Shown piece by piece: positions 27,621 to 41,549 of a stretch of 64,000 nt of DNA. Origin of the DNA: the human T2T-CHM13v2.0 reference genome, Homo sapiens. The stretch's first letter is position 1, and every line of letters starts with the position of its first letter. The stretch lies in assembly GCF_009914755.1 (NCBI RefSeq), contig NC_060942.1. One strand, given 5' to 3'. The notes below the pieces were generated by a model. That model made no database searches. It was not told where the DNA came from and was given only the letters and a program-made list of their open reading frames with translations. A program made the position numbers and the translations under genes.

Positions 27621-28034
27621 ACAATGAGAACACATGGACACAGGAAGGGGAACATCACAATCTGGGGACTGTTGTGGGGTGGGGGGAGGGGGGAGGGATA
27701 GCATTAGGAGATATACCTAACGCTAAATGACGAGTTAATCGGTGCAGCACACCAGCATGGCACATGTATACATATGTAACTAACCGGCACATTGTGCACA
27801 TGTACCCTAAAACTTAAAGTATAATAATAATAATAAAAAAAGAGCAAGCTGCAGATTACTTCAGATTATCAATGCTATGTCCCAGCAACAGGCTTCCTTT
27901 CAGCTAAAAGCTGCAAAGAGTTTATCTATTTCAAAGACTCTTCTTTATCAGATGTTGCTTAGCCAAAGGAAAAAAACTTGTGCAAAGATAAAAGGGTCTT
28001 CATTCTTTCTCCTTTTTAATTGAATTTTGACATG

Positions 28035-28180
28035 TAAAGGAAATACATTTAAACAACTATTTTAGGTGATGGATATTCCATTTACATGGATTTGACCTTT
28101 CCAGATTATGTGAATATTTTAAATTAACACATGTACTCAGAAAAATATGTACATCTATCATATATCAAAAATGTTTTCTA
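28035..28180 (+). mobile_element. L1MA/L1PB-type 3' terminal fragment
   Basis: aggtgatggatattcc...gatttgacc...cacatgtactcagaaaaatatgtacatcta. Confidence 0.6.
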
Positions 28181-28769
28181 AAAAGAAATAGGGGTAATAA
28201 TCCAATAAAATTTGCCTCAGTCTTCTGCTAACTGTTGCCATCTATAGCAATTGATTTCATTAGTGAAGAGACTGGTTATACTAGTAGGTTGAAAAATCAA
28301 GGGTTGAAGTCCAGTGGCAGGCAGGATAGCATGACATATCAGCTTCATGTTGCCAATGATGTCAGAGGCTTTTTCTACCACTTTCTTTCACCATCTTTAG
28401 CCTGTGGCTTTCTTTTCACCTTGCTTCATGAGAAGATATTACTGCTAAAACGCCTGCCATTATATCAGCATTTCAAATAGGAAAAAATGAGAAGCAGGAG
28501 GAAGCATGGCATAGAGATAAGGGCAAGTGCCAACTGTATGAAGAAGATAATTTCTAACTTTCCTTTCAGCTCTATGAGTCTAATGGCATTACAGTCCTAA
28601 GGCAACAGAAAGGGTGTTTTAATATTAATATAAAGCAATCAAAACATCCTTCTATCTTCAGCACTATGATAAAGATATAAACATTTTGTTAGAAGAAAAC
28701 CTAGAGAATATATATTTCTACATGTTAGTATTTTTAAAAGTATGAATTATATCATAATTATCATTGCAA

Positions 28770-28960
28770 TGAACATCTATAAAGTGTTTTATCTGACACA
28801 AGCAGTAGGCAAAACACTACATTAATTTTCTCATATAAATATCTTATTTAGAGCAGGAGATAAGTATTGTGATTATACCTAAATATAGATAAGAAAGCTG
28901 AGGTTTAAAGAACCTTTCTCCTATTACCAAGACATAAATAAGAAGAACAGAATTTTAATG
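28770..28960 (-). mobile_element. MIR SINE
   Basis: taagtattgtgattatacc..atatagataagaaagctgaggtttaaaga. Confidence 0.55.
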
Positions 28961-29756
28961 ACTCTTCTGACAACAAATGCATTTAATTCAATACATACTT
29001 AAAAAAGAATTCTTAAATACAAACTATAAGTGCTTTCTTGCAACTTCAATAGTGGGGATTGGCAGAGAAGGAAGTCTGCATGCAGCTAGAATCTCTATCA
29101 ATGTCCATTAGAAAACAGTATTATTTTTTATGTGCAATGGATTCAGTGAGAAACTAAAATATGGCTGCTAGTTACCAAACCAATTTAACAAAGAACAAAA
29201 TATTTGCTTTAATAGATCCTATAGCAACCAAACTTAAACGTCAGAAATTCTCTTTAACAACCATTTCCCTTTTCCCAAATTGCCAAAAGAAGCTTGGAAA
29301 CATCTCTATTAAGAAATGTCAAGAGGCTTCATAGTGATTGAGTCTTGAGCTCAACAAATAAAAGAAAACAGAGCTATTTAGCTAATGAGAACTTCTTAAA
29401 ACATTAGACAATAAAAAATGAACATAAGGCTTAAAAAGCATGAAAGGAGAATTCCATTTGTCTTATGACAAGCTATGACTTACAAGCTATGATACCTTCT
29501 TATTTTAAATATAATCTTATGTGAGGATTAAACTATTCCATTAATGAATAAGATTAGCTCTTTTGTATTAACCCGTGGACATCATTTTCATTTAATTTCA
29601 TAATTATAGAGCCACATAATCTTTTATTGCATTCTCAATTAAATATTTTCCCCTTCCATCAGACACTATTGAAAAAAAAGGAAAATCAAATAAAAAGAGT
29701 CAGCCAGGTAGTAGTCATCTATAAATTATGGAAAAAGCAACCAAGACATTTCAATG

Positions 29757-29968
29757 GGAAAGAAGACTAAATTAGAAAAGAAAAAGAAAAACTAGTAGAG
29801 AAAGACAGGAAATATAGCAAGAGAAAGAAAAGGGAAGAAAGAGAGAGGGAGAGAGAGGAAGGAAGGAATGAAAAAAGGAGATGTAGGGGAAGAAAATGAC
29901 AAAAAAGAGTGGGAGAGAAGGGAGGAGGAGGGGAAGACTGGAAGAAGGGAGGAGAGAAGGACAGGAGA
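29757..29968. repeat. GA-rich polypurine low-complexity tract
   Basis: About 200 nt almost entirely A/G. Confidence 0.85.
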
Positions 29969-30143
29969 TTTAAAATCAATAGAAAATATACAATTTAAAA
30001 GCAGAATGGACTAAAGAGAAGATTCCACACCCTATCAGAGTTTATCTCTGTCTTGTTCATGTTTCCTCCTCAGCTACCCACGTAAACTACAAAGATTAGA
30101 TATATCTAGTGTAAAGCTGGTAGAGAAAACAAAATAAAGGAAT

Positions 30144-32423
30144 TATATTAGCCTGTTTTTGCACTGCTGATAAAGAAATACCTGAGACTGGGCAATTTAT
30201 AAAAGAAAGAGGTTTATTTAGTCTTTCAGTTTCACATGGCTGGGGAAGCCTCACGATCATGGAAAAAGGCAAGGAGGAGCAAATCATGTCTTGCATGGAT
30301 GTCAACAGTCAAAGAGAGCTTGTGCAGAGAAATTCCACCTTATAAAACCATCGGACCTCATGAGACTTATTCACCATCACAAGAACAGCATGGGTAAGAC
30401 TTGCTCCCATGACTCAATTACCTCCCACAAGGTCCCTCACACAAAACGTGGAAATTCAAGGTGAGATTTGGGTGGGGACACAGCCAAACTATGTCATTCC
30501 ACACTTGGCCACTCCCAAATCTCACATCCTCACATTTAAAAAACAGTCATGCCTTCTCAATAGTCCCCCAAAGTCTTAACTCATTTCAGCATTAACTCGA
30601 CAGTTCACAGTCCAAAGTCTCATCTGAGACAAGGCAAGTCCCTTCCACCTATAAGCCTGTAAAATCGAAAGCAGGGTAGTTACTTTTTAGATCCAGTGGG
30701 GGTACAGGCATTGGGTAAGCACAGCCATTTCAAATGAGAGAAATTGGTCAAAACAAAGGGGCTATATGTGCCATGCAAATCCAAAATCCGGTGGGGCAGT
30801 TAAATCTTAAAGCTTCAAAATAATCTCCTTTGACTCCATGTCTCACATTCAGGTCACGCAAATGCAAGAGGTGGATTTCCATGGTCTTGGGCAGCTCCAC
30901 CCCTGTGGCTTTACAGGGTACAGCCTCACTCCCAGCTTTTCATGGGCTGGTGTCAAGTATTTCCAGCTTTTCCAGGTGCATGGAGCAAGCTGTCAGTGGA
31001 TCTACCATTCTGTGGTCTGGAGGATGGTGACCCTCGTCTCACAGTTCTACTAGACAGTGCCCCAGTAGGGACTCTGTCTGGGGGCTCTGACCCCACATTT
31101 CCCTTCTTCACTGCCCTAGCAGAGGTTCTCCATGAGCGCCTCACCGCTGGAGCAAACGTGACTGGACATCTAGGCATTTCCATATATTTTCTGAAATCTA
31201 GGTGGAGGTTTCCAAGCCTCAATTACTTACTTCTGTACACTCACCGGCTCAACACCATGTGGGAGCTGCCAAGCCTTGGGGCTTGCACCCTCTGAGGCCG
31301 TGGCCTGAGCTCTGTCTTGGCCCCTTTCAGCCATGGTTGGAGTGACTCAGATGCAGGTCACCAAGTCCCTAGGCTTCATACAGCATGAGGGCCCTGGGCC
31401 CAGCCCATGAAAACACTTTTACCTCCTAGGCCTCTGGGCCTGTAATGGGAGTGGTTGTCACAAAGGTCTCTGACATGCCCTGAAGATATTTTCCTCATTG
31501 TCTTGGGGATTAACGTTCTGCTCCTTATAACTTAAGCAAATGTCTGCACAGCAGGCTTGAATTTCTTCTCAAAAAATGGGATTTTCTTTTCTATTGCATT
31601 TTCAGGCTGCAAATTTTCTGAACTTTTATTTTCTCCTCCCCTTATAAAACTGAATGCTTTTAAGAGCACCCAAGTGACATCTTGAATGCTTTGCTGCTTA
31701 GAAATTTCTTCCACCAGATACCCTAAATCACCTCTCAAGTTCAAAGTTCTATAAATCTCTAGAACAGGGGCAAAATGCCACCAGTCTCTTTGCTAAAACA
31801 TGACAAGAATCACCTTTGCTCTAGTTCCCAACAAGTTCCTCATCTCCAACTGAGACCACCTCGGCCTGGACCTTAATGTCCATATAATTATCAACATTTT
31901 GATCAAAGCCATTCAACAAGCCTCTAGGAAGTTCCAAACTTTCTCACATTTTTCTGTCTTCTGAGCCCTCCAAATTATTTCAATGTCTGCCTGTTACCCC
32001 ATTCCAAAGTTGCTTCCACACTTTTGGGTATCTTTTCAGCAGCACCTCACTCTACTAGTACCAATTTACTGTGTTAGTCCATTTTCATGCTGCTGATAAA
32101 GACATACCAGAGACTGGGAAATTTACAAAAGAAATAGGTTTAATTGGACTTATAGTTCCACCTGGCTGGGGAAGCCTCACAATCATGTTCGAAGGCAAAG
32201 AAGAGCATGTCACATCTTACATAGATGGCAGCAAGCATAGAGAGAACTTGTGCAGGGGAATTCCTCTTTTTACAACCATCAGATCTCATGAGACTTATTC
32301 ACTACTATAAAAACAGCACAGAAAAGAGTTGCCCCATGATTCAGTTACTTCCCACCAGGTCCCTCCCACAACACATGGGAATTCAAGATGAGATTTGGGT
32401 GGGGACAGAGCCAAAACATATCA
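30144..32423 (-). mobile_element. Full-length THE1A-like MaLR provirus (LTR 30144-30496, internal 30497-32069, LTR 32070-32423)
   Basis: Two ~350-bp THE1 LTRs flank ~1.57 kb THE1-int; exact 5-bp TSD ggaat at 30139-30143 and 32424-32428. Confidence 0.95.
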
Positions 32424-32793
32424 GGAATGTATGATTGATGATAAGCTTCTTATCATGGTTTTGAAATAATCCCTTTATGTCACTGGATTAGTAACATAAT
32501 CTCTGAGGGTCTGACTCCTATGGACAATAGTTTCCTTGTGTATTAGATGAGGACATTGGAATGAATAAATGCAAACACTGCTTGTGGCTTTTAGAATTTG
32601 AGTTACTTCTAATCCCTCTCTCTCAGAAAATCCTCACAGGAAAATACACATATCCTTGTGAAATACTTAATCTTTGGATGCCTATGATATCCTACTTTAT
32701 TCCTATTGTTTGTTTAATTATTTATTTTCCCATGTCTCTCTCTTTCTCTACATGTTTGATTGGGAGTCTTCTGGTCAAGCGTGTTGCATTTAC

Positions 32794-33156
32794 TGTATTA
32801 GTCTGTTCTCACACTGTTAATAACAACATACCCAAGACTAGGTGATTTATAAAGGAAAGAGATTCAATTGACTCACAGTTCCACATGGGTGGGGAGTCCT
32901 CACAATCATGGCGGAAGGTGAATGAGGAGCAAAGTCACATCTTACATGGCAGTAGTCAAGACAATGTGTGCAGGAAAACTTCCCATTATAAAATCATCAG
33001 ATCTCATGAGACTATTCACTATCACAAGAACAGCATGGGAAAGACCTGACCCTGTGATTCAATTACCTCTCACCCTGTCCCTCCTGCCAAGTGTGGGGAT
33101 TACGGGAGCTACAATTCAAGATGAGATTTGGGTGGGCACACAACCAAACCATATCA
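32794..33156 (-). mobile_element. THE1B solo LTR
   Basis: tgtattagtctgttctcac...gggagctacaattcaagatgagatttggg...aaccatatca; near-TSD tttac/ttaac. Confidence 0.92.
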
Positions 33157-33729
33157 TTAACCCACCATGATTGACTAAAATATATTAACTGGGCAGAGGT
33201 TGGCCTTCAGCACCTCTTAAATCCTCTTTGCTACTCACAAATTCAGCTTCCACATTCCTCCTCCTAGAGTCTTGCATCCCCTGAGTTTCTGCTGCCTGTA
33301 TGAAGCATCTTACCCCTGAAAACTTCTCTCCTCAACTGGACATTCTTAGGCCAATTTTATTCTCATAGATTTCTGCTCTTCAGCAGTAATCAATGACTGA
33401 TATCATATAATCCAATAATTTCATCATCAAAAAGGCTTTTGCAAGTTTAAATTGGCATGAATATGGATGAACCCAGAATTGTACCCTTCTTGGAAGATGT
33501 TGGGATTCTGATATCAAAAAATTGAACATATAATTGACAGTGAGGGGGTAGTTTTCTTTTGAAAATAAGTGAAACACAATAGTCAGCCATTTTTAGAAGT
33601 TAACATTGTATCAGAAAGTGAGAATTTAGAAAGGTGGGAGTGAAGAAAAAATTTCTTATTTCCAACTAAGTTTTGATTGACCTAGGTGACAAACTATGAA
33701 GATGGCTTAGGTTATTTCAGGAACAAAGA

Positions 33730-33749
33730 GTGTGTGTGTGTGTGTGTGT
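33730..33749. repeat. (GT)n microsatellite
   Basis: About 10 GT units. Confidence 0.9.
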
Positions 33750-36700
33750 TTCAGGGGTGGGTGAAGAGAAGAAAGTTGAGCTGTCCTCATAATATTAAGT
33801 CAAGCCAGGATCCTTCCTAGAATAGGGCATAGACACAAAAATTAATCTTTGTTTTGAACTTCCATTTCATGAAAGCTTTTATAGAGCACATACACCACAA
33901 ATTCTTACTAAGTGTTATTGCCCTCTATGAGCAATACTTTTAGGTTAGGACTGAATTCAGGGTGAGGCTCTGCCGATATCACTGTCCTCATCCCTGTGAA
34001 GAGAGTGGGTGTCATTGGTGAATCCCAACTGTGCTCACCTTTCCAACTGTCTTAAAGTCATTGGTAACAGAGGCAGGTACTTGTCAACATGCTGAGGAAG
34101 CAGCTGAGTAAAAGGAGATAGTGTAGGTGATGTCCTGAGAACATCTCAAAAATGAATCAAGAAGTCCTTAATGGGCAATAAGGTCAGTGAAGTCTCAAGT
34201 CCACAGAGGACTCACCACAGGTATAGAAATGCATAGCCCTTCAAGGATAGTTATAATGAACCATGGAATTGCAGCGAATTTTGGCTGATGTGTAGCAAAC
34301 ATAACAATAATGTTGTTACATTTGTTAGCATTTTAAAAGAAATTATAAATATTTTAAAACACTTTAATATTTCAATTTAGTTATATAATAAATGGTAGTT
34401 ATTATTACTCAAATTTTATTTTACATTCAGGGATACATTTTCAGGTTTGTTACATAGGTAAATTGCCTGTCACAGGGGTTTGATGTACAGATTATTTTGT
34501 TACCCAGGTAATAAGCATAGTACCTGATAGGTAGTTTTTTGATCCTTAATTTCCTCCCAGCTTCCACCCTCAAGTGTCCCCTGGTGGCTGTTGTTTCCTT
34601 CTTTGTGTCCATATGTACTCAAAGTTTCATTCCTAATTATAAGTAAGAACATGTGGTATTTAGTTTTCTGTTCCTGTGTCAGTTGGCTTAGGATAATGGC
34701 CTCCAGCTCTATCCATGTTGCTGAACAAGACATGCTTTCATTTTTTATGGCTGCCTACTAATTCTTTGTGTATATATACCGCATTTTTTAATCCAGTGTA
34801 CCATTGATGGGAATTTAGGTTGATTCCATGTCTTTGCCTTTTTGAATACTGCTGCAATGAACATACACATGCATGTGTCTTTATGGTAGAACAATTTATA
34901 TTCCTTTGGATATATACGCAGTAATGGGATTGCTGGGTCAAATGGTAATTCGGTTTTGAGTTCTTTAAGAAATCACCAAACTATTCTCCACAATGGTTGA
35001 GGTAATTTACACTCCCACCAACAGTGTATAAATGTTCTCTTTTCTCTGAAACCTCATCAGCATCTGTTACTTTTTGACATTTTAATAATGGCCATTCTGA
35101 CTGGTATGAGATGGTAACTCATTGTGATTTTGATTTACATTTCTCTAATGATTAGTGATGAGCATTTTTTCATATGCTTGTTGCCCACGTGTATGTATTT
35201 TTTTAATTGCCTGTTCATGTCCTTTGCCCACTTTTTAATAAAACTTTTTGGGGGTTTTGCTTGTAAATTTGTTTAAGTTCTTTAAGATTCTGGATATAAG
35301 ACCTTTGCTGGATGCATAGTTTGCAAAAATTTTCTCCATTCTGAAGGTTGTCTGCTTACTCTGTTGATAGTATCTTTTACTCTGCAGAAGCTATTTAGTT
35401 TTAGTTAGGTTCCCATTTGTTAATTTTCTATGTGGAGGCAGGGGTGGGGGGCATCAGTTTTGGCATCTTCATTATGAAATCTTTGCCAGGTCCTATGTCT
35501 AGAATGGTATTTCATAGATTATCTTCAAGCATTTTTTTGGTATTAGGTTTTACATTTAATCCTTAATTCATCTGGAGTTGATTCTTGGATATGGTGTAAG
35601 AAAGGGTTCCACTTTCAATCTTCTGCCTATGGCTAGCCAGTTATCCCAGCACCATTTGTTGAGTAGGGAGTCCTTTCCTCATTGCTTGTTTTTGTAGATT
35701 TTGTTGAAAATCAGATGGTTATAGATGTGTGGCTCTCTATTCTGTTTCATGAGTCTATGTGTTCATTTTCATACCAATACCATGCTGTTTCGGTTCTGTA
35801 TCCTTGTATAGTTTGAAGTTAGATAGTGTGATGCCTCCAGCTTTGTTCTTTCTGCTTAGATTGCATTGGCTATTTGGATTCCTGTTTGGTTTCATATGAA
35901 TTTTAAAATAGTTTTTCTTTTCTAGTTTTGTGAAGAATGCCATTGGTAGTGTGAAAGGAATAGCATTGAATCTATAATTGCTTTGAATAGTACAGCCATT
36001 TTAACAATGTTGATTCTTCCTATTTATGAGAATGGAGTGTTTTCCCATTTGTTTGTGTGATCTCTGATTTCTTTGACCCGTGTTTTGTAATTTATGTTAT
36101 ACAGAACTTTCACCTCCCTGGTTAGCTGGATTCCTAGGTATTTTATACTTTTTGTGGTTATTGTGAATGAGATTGTGTTCTTGATTTGGCTTTCAACTTG
36201 GGTGTTGTTGGTGTATAGGAATGTTACTGATTTTTGTGTACATTAATTTCGTATCCTGAGACTCTGCTGAAGTTGTTTATCAGATCAAGAAACTTTTGAG
36301 CAGAAGCTATGGGGATTTCTAGGTATAGAATTATATCATTTGCACACAGAGATAGTTTGACTTCCTCTCTTCCAATTTGGATGCCTTTTATTTCTTTCTC
36401 TTAGCCGATTGCTCTGGTTAGGATTTCCAGTGCTATGTTGAATAATAGTGGTAAAAGAAGGCATCCTTTCTTGTGCCAGTTTTCAATGGAAGTGCTTCTA
36501 GCTTTTGCCCACTCAGTATAATGTTGGCTGTGGGTTTGTCATAGATGACTCTTATTATTTTGAGGTATGTTCCTTCAATGCCTAATTTGTTGAGGACTTT
36601 TAACATTAAGGGCTGTTGAACTTTATTGAAAGCCTTACTGCATTTATTGAGATAATCATGTGGCTTTTGGTTTTAGTTATGTTTACATGGTGAATCACAT

Positions 36701-38299
36701 TGATTGATTTGCGTATGTTGAACCAACATTGCATCCCAGGAATAGAAGTCTACTTGACTGGGGTGAATTAGCTTTTTGATGTGTTGCTGGATTCAGTTTG
36801 CTAGTATTCTGTTGATTATTTTTGCATCTGTGTTTATCAAGGATGTTGGCCTGAAGTTTTATTTTTGTGTTGTGTCTCTGCCATGTTTTGGTATCAAGAT
36901 GATGCTGGCCTCATAGAATGAGTTAGGAAGGAGTTCCTTCTCCTCAATTTTTTAGAATAATTTCAGCAGAAATGGTACCAATTCTTTATTATACATCTGG
37001 TAGAATTCACCTGTGAATCCATATGATCCTGGGCTTTTTATATGGATTCAATTTCAGAACTCAATATTGGTCTGTTGAGGAATTCTATCACTTCCTGCTT
37101 CAATCTCAAAATGTTATATATTTCCAGGAATTTATCTATTTCTTCTAGGTTTCTAGCTTGTGTACATAGAAGTGTTCATAATAGTCTCTGAGGGTTTTTA
37201 TATTTCTGTGGGGTCAGAGATAAGATCCCTTTTATCATTTTGGATTGTTTTTATTTAGATATTCTCTCTTCTTTTTTTATTAGTCTAGTTGATGGTCTAT
37301 CTATCTTATTAATTCTTTCAAAAAAAAAAAAAAACAGGTCCTGGATTCTATGATCTTTTGTATGTTTTTTGTGTCTCAGTTTCCTTCAGTTCAGCTCAGA
37401 TTTTGGTTATTTCTTGTCTTCTGCTAGCCTTGGGGTCAGTTTTCTCTTGTTTCTGTAGTCTCTCTAATTGTGATGTTAGGTTTTTAATTTGAGATGTTTG
37501 TAACTTTTTGATGTGGCATTTAGTGCTATAAACTTCCCTTTTAACACTCCTTCGCTTTGTCCCAGAGATTATCATATGTTGTATATTTTTTCACAATTGT
37601 GTCAAATACTTTCTTGATTTCTGCCTTATTTTCATTATTTACTCAAAAGTTATTCAGGAGCAGGTTAATTTCCATGTAATTGTATGGTTTTGAGTGATTT
37701 TCTTAACATTGATTACTATTTTTATTGCATTGTGGTATGAAAGCATGATTGATATGATTTGTTTTCTTTAATTTGCTGAGAATGATTTTATGCCTTATCG
37801 TGTGTTTGATTTTAGAGTATATGCCATGTGCAGATAAGAAGAATGTGTATTCTGTTGTTTTTGGGTGGAAAATTATATAGATGTCTTTTAGGTCCATTTA
37901 GTCAAGTGTTGAGTTTAGGTCACAAATATCTTTGGTAGTTTTCTGCCTTGATGGTCTGTCTAAAATATTAGTGGGGTATTAAAGTCTGCCTCCATTATTA
38001 TATGGTTATCTAGGTCTTCATGTAGGTCTCTAAGAACTTGCTTTATGAATCTGGATACTCCTGTGATAGGTGCACATATATTTAAGATAGTGAGGTCTTG
38101 TCATTTAGCCTTTGAGCCATTTACCAATATGAAATTCCCTTATTATTTTTTATCTTTGTTGGTTTAAAGTCTGTTTTGTCTGAAGTTAGAACAGCAACTC
38201 CTACCTTTTTATGGTTTTGATTTGCTTGGTAAATTTTTGTCCATCCCTTTACCTTGTGCCTAAGGGTGTCATTGCATGTGAAATGGGTCTTTTGAAGAC

Positions 38300-39590
38300 A
38301 GCATACTGTTGAATTTTGCTCCTTTATCTAACTAGCCCTTCTGTGTCTTTTAATTGAGACATTTAATCCACTTAGGTTTAAGGTTACTATTGAGATGTGT
38401 GGGTTTGATCCTGTCATCATGTTGTTCACTAGTTATTACGCTGACTTTTTTGTGTTGCTGCTTCATAGTGCCTCTGGTCTATGTACTTAAGTGTGTTTTT
38501 GTAATGGCGGATAGTGATCTTTCCTTTTCATATTTAGCTCTCCCTTCAGGATCTCTTGCAGGGAAGATCTGGTAGTAACAAATCCCCTCAGAATTTACTT
38601 GTCTGAAAAGGATCTTATTTCTCCTTCACTTATGAAGCTTAGTTTGGCTGGGTATGAAATTTTTTTGAAAATTCTTTCTTTAAGAATGCTGAATGTAGGC
38701 CTCAATCTCTTCTGATTTGCAGAGTTTCTGCTGACAAATCTGCTATTAGCCTGATGAGGTTCCCTTTGTAGGTTACCTACCCCTTCTCTCTAGCTGCCTT
38801 TGACACTTTTTCTTTCATTTTGACCTTGGAGAATCTGATGACTGTGTGTCTTTGGGATGGTCTTGGGTGGTATTTTGCAAAGAACCTTTCCCTTTCTTGA
38901 ATTTGAATGTTGGTCTCTCTAGTGAGGTTGGAGAAATTTTCATAAATGATATCCTGAAATATCATTTTCCAAGTTGCTTGGTTTCTCTCCCTCTCTTTCA
39001 AGGACACTAATGAGTCACAGATTTGGTCTCTTTACATAATCCCACATTTCTCAAAGGCCAATTTGTTCATTATTCTTTATTTTTTTTATTTATTTTTTGT
39101 CGGAGTTATTTCAGATATCCAGTTTTGAAGCTCATAGATTCTTTTGTCAGCTTGGTCAATTCTGCTGTTAATACTTGTGATTGCATTACGAAATTATTCT
39201 TGTGTGTTTTTCAGTTCTATCAGATCACTTTGGTTCTTTCTTATAATGGTGATTTTTTAAATATTTTTTCCTGTATTCCTTAGGTTTCCTGGATTGAGTT
39301 TTGACTATCTGCTGTATGTCAACGATCTTCATTCCTACCCATATTTTGAATTCTATTTCTGACATTTCAGCCAATTTAGCCTTGTTAAGAACCATTTCTG
39401 TGAAACAAGTGTGGTTGTTTGGAGCTAAAAAGACATGCTGGCTTTTTGAGTTGCCAGAGTTCTTGCACTGTTTCTTTCTCATTTGTGTGGGCTGATGTAT
39501 TCTCAATCTTTGACATTGCTGTCCTTTGGATGGAATTTTTTGCTTTTTTCTTCTTTGATGTTCTTGGGGGTTTGATTTATAAGACAATGT
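38300..39590 (-). pseudogene. L1 ORF1p remnant, frameshifted
   Basis: ORF peptides IFQDIIYENFSNLTRETNIQIQE...RHTVIRFSKVKMKEKVSKAAREKG and QMRKKQCKNSGNSKSQ...AEMSEIEFKIW. Confidence 0.8.
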
Positions 39591-39769
39591 GGATTCAGTT
39601 CACTGGCTTCAATTCTAGTCCACTCTTGGATCTTGGAGAATCCTTCTCTGATTAGTATCTCTATGTATACATTTCTTTTGTTGGGTTTTCTGTTTCACAG
39701 GGCTCCATAAGGCAGAGACAGTTAGCAGACAAGCTATATCTTTGCCAAGTTGGCCGTAATCTGCTATCT

Positions 39770-40800
39770 GTCTGCTTCCTGGCAAACATGGGGCTGCACC
39801 TGTCTGCAGATTTCAGGTAGAAGTGGGACTGCTGGTTTGGAAGATCTAACATGTGTCGCCTATCTGGTTATGAGAGGCAGGGGTGGGTGGAGTTGCCCAC
39901 CTTGCCATCCGAGTGTTTCAATGGCAACAAGAGGATGCACCTCCTGGCAAATTCAGGTCTGAAGTAGGACCACTGGGCCAGAAGCAATAGCAGGTGTGGC
40001 TCACCTGGCTACCAGCACGGGGTGGGGGTGGGCATGGGGTAACTTGCCCTGCCATCCAGGTGCTTCCTGGGACAGTGGAATGCTGTCCTCATTAGCTGAG
40101 TTCCCACAAAAGCAGGACCCTGGACCAGAGGTTCTAATTGGCATTTTCTGCCTTACTACCAGTGGCAGGAATGGGTGGAATTATGTGCTGTGCCATCCAG
40201 GTGTTTTCTGGGACTATAGGAAGCTGTGCCCTCCAGTTGAGTTCTCACAGAAGCAGAACCAATGAGCTGGAAACTCTAGCAAGCATTGCCTGCCAGGGTG
40301 TCAGTTGTGGGGATGCCTTGGGTCACCTACCCTGCCATCTGGGTGTTTCCTGGGGATAAGAGGAGACTGCACCCACTAGCTGAGTTCACACAGAAGCAGG
40401 GCCACTGGGCCAGAAGCTCTAGCAGGTGCTGCCTTCCTGGCTACCAGTGGTAGGGGCAGGTGGGGTCATGTGCCCTGCCATCTGGGTGTTTCCTGGGACA
40501 ACAAGAAGCTGCAGCCTCCAGCCGAGTTCACACAGAAGTGGGGCCACTGGGCCAACAGCTTTAACAAACATTGCCTGCCTGGCTACCAGTGGTGGAGGTG
40601 GGTAGGGTCATGTGCTCTGCCATCTGGGTGTTTTTGAAGACAACAAGAGGCTGTGCCCTCCAACCGAGTTTATACAAAACAGGACTGCTGGACTCGAAGC
40701 TCTAGCAAGTGTTGCCTGCTTGGCTGCCAGTGGCGAGGATTGGTGGAGTCGCTGGTTGAGTTCAGATAGAAGCAAGATGGCTGGGCTAGAAGTATGCACT
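39770..40800. repeat. Tandem array of ~142-bp monomers in the L1 5'UTR (6 complete plus partial units)
   Basis: gccatc recurs at 39904, 40051, 40192, 40334, 40477, 40619; gaagctctagc-like motif at 39840, 39981, 40128, 40270, 40413, 40555, 40696. Confidence 0.9.
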
Positions 40801-41262
40801 AAGTGCTGTCTGGTAAGCTGAGGTAGAGCAATCTCACTGCTCCCAGGCACTACAACTGCAGCTTCTACTGGGGCTATGGCACCAGTGCTGTTCCCCTCTG
40901 TTTCTCAAGGTTCATAGTGGTCTCCTTGGACTCAATAGTTGCCCCAACAAAATGTCCAGGTGGCTCTCTGTCTCATTCTAGAAGCATGGTATGGAGTTGT
41001 GGGGTGGCCAGTGGGATTCTCCTGTTTCCAGTTTTGCACAGGTCCCTGTGGTAAGCATGAATTGCTCTGAGGGCTCTCACTCACTCACCCTTTTCTGTGT
41101 GGGAAAGGTTCCCCTGCCTCCACACTGAACCCAGATAGGCTGGCGCCCAGCTTTGCTCCTCTCTATTCTCTGTGTTCCCCTGCTGCCTAGATGGATCCCA
41201 GTGTGGTTTCTGAGATGATTGGCCTGCAGGGTTAGTGTTCACCAGGCCCACCCCCCCACACC

Positions 41263-41549
41263 TTTTTTTTTTTTTTTTGAGACAGGGTCTCACTCTGGCA
41301 CCCAGGCTGGAGTGTAGTGGCATAATCTTAGCTCACTACAGCCTCTGCCTCCCAGGTGCAAGCCATTTGCCTGCCTCAGGCTCTTGAATAGCTGGGATTA
41401 CAGGTGCCTCCAACTATGCTGGGCAATTTTTGTATTTTTGTATTTTTAGTAGAGACAGGGTTTCACCATGTTGGCCAGGCTGGTCTTGAACTAGAGACCA
41501 AGTGATCCATCCACCTTGGCTTCCCAGGCATTAGCCACCATGCCTGGCC
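41263..41549 (-). mobile_element. AluS (Sx/Sz-like) inserted in the L1 5'UTR
   Basis: poly-T, gagacagggtctcactc...accatgttggccaggctggtcttgaac; lacks the aagtgctgggattaca segment. Confidence 0.92.

Noticed and set aside
27676-27697. G-quadruplex-forming G-tract
   Set aside because: Standard, well-described feature of the L1PA 3'UTR.
30830-31744. ORFs inside THE1-int
   Set aside because: Short, frameshifted remnants of a non-autonomous MaLR internal region; no intact gag or pol.
39770-40800. Regular repeat array as a CRISPR-like system
   Set aside because: Units are homologous along their whole length with no unique spacers, there are no cas genes, and the array lies inside an L1 5'UTR in primate DNA.
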